Shown here: positions 57,784 through 64,000 of the stretch, one piece after another
Numbering within the stretch: position 1 is the stretch's first letter
How the letters are laid out: every line of letters starts with the position of its first letter
Assembly (NCBI GenBank): GCA_965221775.1
Contig: CBDCSU010000005.1
Span: forward strand, 448,001 to 512,000
Source: Candidatus Latescibacterota bacterium
Lineage (GTDB): Bacteria; Latescibacterota; UBA2968; UBA8231
Length of the DNA stretch: 64,000 nt
Direction of reading: 5' to 3'
The notes under the pieces: generated by a model
Seen by the model: only the letters and a program-made list of their open reading frames with translations
Databases searched by the model: none
What the model was told of the DNA's origin: nothing
Made by a program: the position numbers and the translations under genes

Positions 57784-58431
57784 TCACTCCGCCTCCAGGA
57801 TCTCCCGCACCTGCTCGCGCCAGTCGCCGGGCAGGCGCACCGCCCCTTCCACCCGCATCCCCTCCACCAGCGAGCCCAGGATCCGCCGCCGCTCGGCGAA
57901 CTCCGGGACCGTGCGCCGCACGTGCTCGCGGGCCCGGCCGAGGGCGGTCAGGTACTCGGCGAACTCCTGCCCGAAGAACCCCTCCAGGTCCTGGCGCAGG
58001 CGCCGCGACAGGGAGGGGCTGGCGTTGCTGGTGCTGATGCTGATGCGCAGGGGGCCGGCGCCGACGAGGGCGCCCATGCCGAAGTGGGACCGGCTGGCGT
58101 CGTCGTAGGTGTTGACCAGGATGCCGCGCTCCCGGCAGGTGTCCCAGACCTCGTCGCAGAGGGCGCGGTCGCTGCGCACCGTGTTCATCACCAGGAAGAC
58201 CTCGTCGAGGTCGGAGGGCCGGTAGGTCCGCAGGCGCAGCTCCAGCCGGCCGCGGTCGTGCCCGTCGCGCAGCGCCGCCGTCGCCTCGGGGCTGACCACC
58301 CGGAGCCGGGCCCCGGCGTCGACCAGGCGCCCGGACTTGTCCTCGGCCTCGGCGCCGCCGCCGATGACCAGGCACCGGCGGCCGCGCACGTCGAGGCCGA
58401 CCTGGAAGAGCGGGTTGAGGCCGCCGGTCAC
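57784..58431 (-). CDS. Precorrin-2 dehydrogenase / sirohydrochlorin ferrochelatase (CysG N-terminal, SirC/Met8-like)
   Basis: CLVIGGG..AEDK, LVNTYD, ISISTS.ASP.LSRRLR. Confidence 0.88.
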   Translation of the reverse strand: MTGGLNPLFQVGLDVRGRRCLVIGGGAEAEDKSGRLVDAGARLRVVSPEATAALRDGHDRGRLELRLRTYRPSDLDEVFLVMNTVRSDRALCDEVWDTCRERGILVNTYDDASRSHFGMGALVGAGPLRISISTSNASPSLSRRLRQDLEGFFGQEFAEYLTALGRAREHVRRTVPEFAERRRILGSLVEGMRVEGAVRLPGDWREQVREILEAE

Positions 58432-58937
58432 CGTCTTGGGGAGATGGTGTGGACCAGGTGGCCGAGCTCCGGCAGGATGAGCTTGTCCATGGCCAGGCGC
58501 ACGGCCGCGGTCGAGCCGGGCAGGGAGATCAGGATCCGCCCCCGGTAGGTGCCGGCCGTGGCCCGGGACATGATCGCCGCCGCTCCGATCTCCTCGTAGG
58601 AGAGGGCGCGGAAGATCTCGCCGAAGCCGGGCAGCCGCTTGTCGAGCATGTTGTCGACGACCTCGAAGGTGTTGTCCCGGGGCGCGATGCCGGTGCCGCC
58701 GTTGAGGATCAGGGCCTGGCAGCCGCCTTTCTCCAGGGCCATCGCCATCTCGCCCTTGATCTGCCGCGCCGTGTCCTTGACGATGGCGTAGTGGACCACC
58801 TTGTGGCCGGCGCCGGTGAGGCGCTCCCGGATGAGCCCTCCGCTCCTGTCGCTGTCGCGGTCGCGGGTATCGCTGACGGTGATCACCGCCACCCCCACCT
58901 CGGTGGGGGCGGCCTCTCTATGCTCGACGTGGCTCAT
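58428..58937 (-). CDS. moaB: MogA/MoaB molybdenum cofactor biosynthesis protein
   Basis: VITVSDTR...DRSG, NGGTGIAPRD.T.E, PGFGEIFR, SRATAG, SLPGS. Confidence 0.92.
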   Translation of the reverse strand: MSHVEHREAAPTEVGVAVITVSDTRDRDSDRSGGLIRERLTGAGHKVVHYAIVKDTARQIKGEMAMALEKGGCQALILNGGTGIAPRDNTFEVVDNMLDKRLPGFGEIFRALSYEEIGAAAIMSRATAGTYRGRILISLPGSTAAVRLAMDKLILPELGHLVHTISPRR

Positions 58938-59380
58938 GAGGCGCCTTCCCGACCGCCGGCCAGCGAGGCGTAGCTGCGGCCCTCCGGGTCCCCGGAGCCG
59001 GTGGGCAGCCCGAGCTCGGTCCAGCCCTTGGCCAGGCTCTGCCCGGAAGGCGAGCGCCGGCCGCCGAAGCCGCCCTTGACGTTGCTCACGTCGGTGTAGC
59101 CGGCGGCCTCCAGGATTCCGGCGGCGGCGGCGGAACGCTGCCCGCTCAGGCAGCCGAGGAGCAGCCGGGCGTCCCTCGGAAAGCGCGACTCCATGACGGA
59201 TAGGAAGTCGGCGTTGGGCGCCAGGCCCAGGGCCTGGCGGTGCATGACGGGGACGTTGAGGGCGCCGGCGGGGTGGCCCTCCTGGAACTCCGGAACCGAA
59301 CGCACGTCCACGTAGACATGACCGTCGGCGGCGTCGAGGAGGGCCGCGGCCTCCTCGACTGTGACTTCCTTGTGGCTCAT
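58934..59380 (-). CDS. Rhodanese-like domain protein
   Basis: VDVRSVPEF..GHPAGALNVP, GCLSGQRS, NVKGGF; ATG 59380 after GGAGG. Confidence 0.92.
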   Translation of the reverse strand: MSHKEVTVEEAAALLDAADGHVYVDVRSVPEFQEGHPAGALNVPVMHRQALGLAPNADFLSVMESRFPRDARLLLGCLSGQRSAAAAGILEAAGYTDVSNVKGGFGGRRSPSGQSLAKGWTELGLPTGSGDPEGRSYASLAGGREGAS

Positions 59381-59453
59381 GGGGGGTGACCTCCTGGAGG
59401 ATGAACTCGGGGGACCCGGGCGGGGATCGCGGGCCAGCGCTGCGACCGTCACC

Positions 59454-59482
59454 TTGACAGAGTCCCCGATGTACGGCAGACT
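59454..59482 (+). promoter_or_regulatory. Possible sigma70 promoter of the RND operon
   Basis: TTGACA (59454-59459), 17-nt spacer, CAGACT. Confidence 0.45.
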
Positions 59483-59504
59483 CGCCCTTCCCGATCGCTC
59501 CGTA

Positions 59505-60626
59505 ATGTATTGTTTCCAACAACATAGACAACTTCTGCCGGGCCTCGCGGCGATCCTCTTGGCGGCCCTCGCCGGCTGCGGCCCGATCGGCGGCGCCCAG
59601 GACCCCGAAGAGGGCGCCGAGACCGCCGAGGCCGCCGCCGACTCGGCCCGGGCCGACACCACCGCCGCCGCCGTGCCGGTGCAGACACGCCCCACGGTGC
59701 GCGGCGACATCTCCTCCGCCCTGGTCTTCAGTTCCACCATCGAGACCGAGGACGCCGTCGAGATCCACCCCGAGGTCAGTGGCCGCGTCGAGGAGGTCGC
59801 CGTCGAGGAGGGCGACCAGGTGGCCGCGGGCGACCTGCTGGTCCGCCTCGACGCCGAGCAGGCCGGACTCGAGGACCGCGAGAGCGAGGTGAACCTGCGC
59901 CAGCTCGAGAGCTCCTTCGGCCGCACGGAGGAGATGTTCGGCCGCGGCCTGATCTCGACCCAGGAGTACGAGGACCAGCGGTTCGAGCTAGAGCGCGCCC
60001 GCCTGCGCCGCGAGCGGGCCGGTCTCGCCCTCGCCCACACCGAGATCCGCGCCCCCTTCTCGGGGGTCATCACCTCCCGCCAGGTGCAGACCGGCGCCCG
60101 CGTGTCGCCGGCGGTCAAGCTCTTCGACCTGGTCAAGCTCGACGACATGATCGCCCGCGTGCACGTGCCCGGACGCTACCTGATGCAGGTGAGCGTCGGA
60201 CAGACGGCCGCGGTCTCCAGCGACTTTGTGGATGGCGTCGACTGCCCGGCGTACGTGAAGCGGATCAGCCCGGTCGTCGATCCCCGGTCCGGCACCTTCA
60301 AGGTCACCGTGGGGGTGCAGGACCCCTGGCGGCATCTGCGGCCCGGCATCTTCGTCACCGTGCGCGTCGTCACCGGCACCCACGCGCAGGCGGTGCTCGT
60401 GCCCAAGGAGGCCGTCGTCTACGAGGCCGACGAGCGCTACGTCTTCGTCGTCGAAGGCGGCACGGCGCGGCGCCTGCGCCTCGACGCCGGCTACGAGAAC
60501 GCCGACTTCGTCGAGGCCCTCTCGGGGCTGTCCGCCGACGCCGACGTCATCGTCGTCGGCCAGAAGGGGCTCCGGGACCAGGCCGGCGTCAAGGTCGTCA
60601 ACCCTCCCGCCCCAGCCGCGGGATGA
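59505..60626 (+). CDS. RND efflux periplasmic adaptor (membrane fusion protein), lipoprotein
   Basis: Lipobox LAGC; VSGRVEEVAVEEGDQV..GDLL, IRAPFSGVI, ISPVVDPRSGT; start uncertain. Confidence 0.93.
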   Translation: MYCFQQHRQLLPGLAAILLAALAGCGPIGGAQDPEEGAETAEAAADSARADTTAAAVPVQTRPTVRGDISSALVFSSTIETEDAVEIHPEVSGRVEEVAVEEGDQVAAGDLLVRLDAEQAGLEDRESEVNLRQLESSFGRTEEMFGRGLISTQEYEDQRFELERARLRRERAGLALAHTEIRAPFSGVITSRQVQTGARVSPAVKLFDLVKLDDMIARVHVPGRYLMQVSVGQTAAVSSDFVDGVDCPAYVKRISPVVDPRSGTFKVTVGVQDPWRHLRPGIFVTVRVVTGTHAQAVLVPKEAVVYEADERYVFVVEGGTARRLRLDAGYENADFVEALSGLSADADVIVVGQKGLRDQAGVKVVNPPAPAAG

Positions 60627-63600
60627 CCGGCGCGAGCCCTCCGGCCGGCGGCCCCCCGGAGGCCTCCGGCGCCGGGGGCGCGTCCTCCCTCTTCGCCGTC
60701 ACCACCCGCCGTCCGGTGGCCATCCTGATGGTGGTCATGGCGGTCTGCGTCTTCGGCTGGGTCTCCTACCAGCGCCTCTCCCTGGAGCTGATGCCCGACG
60801 TCGCCTACCCGGCGCTGACGGTGCGCACCCAGTACCCGGGCAGCGCTCCCGAGGAGGTGGAGAAGCTGGTCTCCCGGCCCCTGGAGCGAGAGCTGGGCAT
60901 CCTCCCGCGCCTGGTGGCCATGCGCTCCATCAGCAAGGCCGGCCAGTCGGACGTGGTCCTCGAGTTCGAGTGGGAGACCGACATGAACGCCGCGGCCGCC
61001 GACATCCGCGAGAAGGTGGACCGCACCTGGCTGCCCGAGGAGGCCGGCAAGCCGCTGCTGCTGCGCTACGATCCCTCCCTGGAGCCGGTCCTGCGCGTCG
61101 GCCTGTCCGGCGGGCGGGGGCTCTACCACCTGCGCGAGCTGGCCGAGGAGGAGGTGCGGCGGGAGCTGGAGTCGATCCCCGGGGTGGCCGCCGTCAAGGT
61201 CCGGGGCGGCCTGGAGCAGGAGATCCACGTGGCCCTGCGGGAGCGGCAGATCGCCCTCCTCGGGCTCGACGCGGCCACCGTCGAGCAGCGGCTGGCCGAG
61301 GCCGACGTCAACCTGCCGGGAGGCCGCCTGCGCGAGGGGGGCACGGAGTACCTGGTTCGCACCCTCAACGAGCTCGACTCGGTGGCCGAGATCGAGGAGC
61401 TGGTCGTGGCCCGCCCCGGCGGCGCCGAGATCCGCCTGCGGGACATCGCCCGGGTGGAGGTCTCACACAAGGACCGGGAGATCCTCACCCGCGTCAACGG
61501 CCGCGAGAGCGTCGATCTCGAGATCCACAAGGAGGCCGGCGCCAACATCGTCGCCGTGGCGCGCACGGTACGGGACCGCCTCCTCGGCACCGAGGAGCAG
61601 CGGGCCTGGGTGGCGTCGCGGGACAGCGCCGCCGCCGCGGCGCCGGAGGCCGATGCCGGGGAGGACGCCGAGGCGCGGCGCCAGGCGGCGGCCGTGCGCA
61701 CCGCCACCGAGCAGCGCATGACCGACTTCGTCGCCCACCGCCTGCCGGCCGGGGTGGGCCTCGACGTGCTGTCGGACCAGTCGGCCTTCATCGAAAGTTC
61801 CATCGACGAGGTCCGCAACAACGTCCTCCTGGGGGGCGCCATCGCCGGCCTCGTGCTGCTCGTCTTCCTGCGCAACGTCGTCCACACCCTCATCGTGGCG
61901 GTCACCATCCCGGTCTCGGTGGTGGCCACCTTCGCGCCCATGCACCTCTTCGGCGTCTCCCTCAACATCATGTCCCTCGGCGGCCTCGCCCTCGGCGTGG
62001 GCATGCTCGTGGACAACTCCATCGTCGTCCTGGAGAGCATCTTCCGCTGCCGCGAGGAGGGCGACGACCCGGTCACCGCCACGGTGCGCGGCACCGCCGC
62101 CGTGAGCAGCGCCGTGTGCGCCTCCACCCTGACCACGGTGGCCGTGTTCTTCCCCATCGTCTTCGTCGAGGGCGTGGCCGGCCAGGTCTTCGGCGACATG
62201 GCGCTGACGGTGGTGTTCTCGCTCCTCGCGTCGCTGGCGGTGGCCCTCTGGTTCATCCCCATGCTGGCCTCGCGCAGCGCCGGCCTGCCGGGGCTGGCCC
62301 CGGAGTCGCCCTTCCTGCGGCTGCCCTCCGGCGAGGGCCTGCGCCGGGCCCTGGGCCCCGGCCTCGCCCTCGGGGAGCGGCTGCGGCAGGGCGCCCTCGT
62401 CCTGCCCCTGCTGCTGCGGGATCTGGCGGCGCGCGCGCTCCTGGCCCTGGCCGCGGTCCTGTGGGCGGTCCTGCAGAGCGCCGTCCTGCTGATCTTCCAG
62501 TTCGTCTGGCCGCTGCTGTGGCTGAGGGCGCGTTGGCGGCCGCGCCTGCCCTCCCACCGCCGCGTGGCCGCGTGGGCGTCGCGGCCGCCGCCGGTGCGCG
62601 GCTTCCCCGACTCGGTCTGGCCCGGCCTGCTCGACAACGGGTCGGCCGCCGCCCTGGGCGCCGACTGGGGCCGCTGGACCGCCTGGGTCCGCGGCCCCGG
62701 CAGCCGGACCGGGTTCGCGGCGCGGGCCCTGAGCGGGGTCCCCGTCATCCTCTGGCTGCTCCTGCGCTTCCTGGTGCACGACCTCCTGTGTCTGGCGCGG
62801 AGCCTGTTGCTGACGGTGCTCCTCCTCGCCGCGGTGCTGGCTTCGGGGGGCCTCGTGCTGGCGGCCCTCGTGCTGTCGCCGGCGGCGCCGGTCCTCGCCC
62901 TGCTGAGGGGCGGCCTGGAGCTGGCCCGGCGGACCTACCCCGGCGTCCTCGGCGGCGCCCTGCGGCGGCGCGCCTTCGTCCTGGGGGGCGCGGCCCTCGC
63001 CTTCTGGGCCTGCTGGACGCAGTTGCTGCCGGCCCTCGGCACGGAGCTGATCCCCCCCGTCCACCAGGGGGAGTTCCGCGTCGACCTGACCCTGCCGGTG
63101 GGCACCCCGCTGGAGCGCACGGCCGCGGCCGCCGCCGAGGTGGAGGCCATCGCCCTCGGGCTGCTGGGGGTGGAGCGCGCCGCCACCCGGGTCGGCTCGG
63201 ACCGCACCGCCGCGGCCACCGCCGACGAGGGCGAGCACACGGCCCGCGTCGCCGTCTACCTGGCGCCGGAGGTGGGGCCGGACGCCGAGGACCGAGTCAT
63301 CGAGGACCTGCGCGGGCGGTTGCGGCGACTCCCGGAGGTGGAGGCGGAGATCTCCTTCCCCTCCCTCTTCAGCCTGCGGACCCCCGTGGAGGTGGAGATC
63401 CGCGGCGAGGACCTGGGGGGGCTGCGCCGCCTGAGCGCCGAGACCGTGAGCGTCCTGTCCGCCCTGCCCGGTCTCGCCGACGTGCGGTCGACGCAGCAGG
63501 CCGGCCACCCGGAGCTGCAGATCCTCTACGACCGCGAGCGGCTGGCCAGCTACGGCCTCGACCTGCGCGCCGTGGCCGAGTTGGTGCGCCACAAGGTGCA

Positions 63601-64000
63601 GGGCCGCGTGGCCACCGGACTGCGCCGCGACGAGCGCACCATCGATGTCCTCGTGCGCCTGCGCGAGGAGGACCGCCTCGGCGTGGAGGAACTGGAGCGG
63701 CTGGTGGTCAACCCCGGGGGCGAGGTGCCGATCCGCCTTGGGTCGGTGGCCGGGATCCGCATCGCCGAGGGCCCGAGCGAGATCCGCCGCATCGACCAGC
63801 AGCGCGCCGCCCTGGTGACGGCCAACGTGGAGGGCCTGGACCTGGGCACGGCGGCCGGGGCGATCCGCTCGGCCCTCGGCGGCGCGGCCTTCCCGCCGGG
63901 CTTCACCTTCCTGGTGAGCGGCCAGAGCACCGAGATGGAGCGCTCCCTCGAGAGCCTGCTCTTCGCCCTCGGACTCGCCGTCTTCCTGGTCTACATCGTC
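60623..64000 (+). CDS. RND efflux permease (AcrB/AcrD/AcrF family), runs off the window end
   Basis: Not in the ORF track because no stop is reached; ATGA overlap; RRPVA, YPGSAPEEVE, LNIMSLGGLALGVGMLVDNSIVVLESI, STLTTVAVFFP. Confidence 0.95.
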   Translation, partial: MTGASPPAGGPPEASGAGGASSLFAVTTRRPVAILMVVMAVCVFGWVSYQRLSLELMPDVAYPALTVRTQYPGSAPEEVEKLVSRPLERELGILPRLVAMRSISKAGQSDVVLEFEWETDMNAAAADIREKVDRTWLPEEAGKPLLLRYDPSLEPVLRVGLSGGRGLYHLRELAEEEVRRELESIPGVAAVKVRGGLEQEIHVALRERQIALLGLDAATVEQRLAEADVNLPGGRLREGGTEYLVRTLNELDSVAEIEELVVARPGGAEIRLRDIARVEVSHKDREILTRVNGRESVDLEIHKEAGANIVAVARTVRDRLLGTEEQRAWVASRDSAAAAAPEADAGEDAEARRQAAAVRTATEQRMTDFVAHRLPAGVGLDVLSDQSAFIESSIDEVRNNVLLGGAIAGLVLLVFLRNVVHTLIVAVTIPVSVVATFAPMHLFGVSLNIMSLGGLALGVGMLVDNSIVVLESIFRCREEGDDPVTATVRGTAAVSSAVCASTLTTVAVFFPIVFVEGVAGQVFGDMALTVVFSLLASLAVALWFIPMLASRSAGLPGLAPESPFLRLPSGEGLRRALGPGLALGERLRQGALVLPLLLRDLAARALLALAAVLWAVLQSAVLLIFQFVWPLLWLRARWRPRLPSHRRVAAWASRPPPVRGFPDSVWPGLLDNGSAAALGADWGRWTAWVRGPGSRTGFAARALSGVPVILWLLLRFLVHDLLCLARSLLLTVLLLAAVLASGGLVLAALVLSPAAPVLALLRGGLELARRTYPGVLGGALRRRAFVLGGAALAFWACWTQLLPALGTELIPPVHQGEFRVDLTLPVGTPLERTAAAAAEVEAIALGLLGVERAATRVGSDRTAAATADEGEHTARVAVYLAPEVGPDAEDRVIEDLRGRLRRLPEVEAEISFPSLFSLRTPVEVEIRGEDLGGLRRLSAETVSVLSALPGLADVRSTQQAGHPELQILYDRERLASYGLDLRAVAELVRHKVQGRVATGLRRDERTIDVLVRLREEDRLGVEELERLVVNPGGEVPIRLGSVAGIRIAEGPSEIRRIDQQRAALVTANVEGLDLGTAAGAIRSALGGAAFPPGFTFLVSGQSTEMERSLESLLFALGLAVFLVYIV

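Overview
High-GC bacterial chromosomal window with about 55 protein genes. I found no rRNA, tRNA, CRISPR array, integrase or transposase. The gene mix (internalin-like LRR lipoprotein, ankyrin-containing acyltransferase, PhyH dioxygenase, FlgD/T9SS-type C-terminal domain, many sugar-active beta-propellers and TIM barrels) suggests an FCB-group lineage such as Latescibacterota or Gemmatimonadota, possibly host/sponge associated; this is inference only. Core genes: katG, ppk1 with a GlmU-like partner, mqnB-mqnD, hisS, HU/IHF, a siroheme synthase N-terminal-type protein, MoaB/MogA, a thiolase-DUF35 cluster and an RND pump running off the right end. Best candidate for an undescribed system: a BlaI repressor with two 18-bp palindromic operators on a sigma70 promoter, followed by two BlaR1/M56 proteases whose sensor region is an ExbD/TolR-like domain plus a shuffled short module (44528-48763). 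Also notable: a PIN + small protein + PD-(D/E)xK three-gene island, an AbiE-type module whose toxin is almost entirely deleted, accessory genes repeatedly bracketed by degenerate copies of a neighbour's gene end, a 78-bp antisense coding fragment in frame inside a gene, and a probable CTG start for mqnB. All family calls are by-eye motif recognition; no searches were run.
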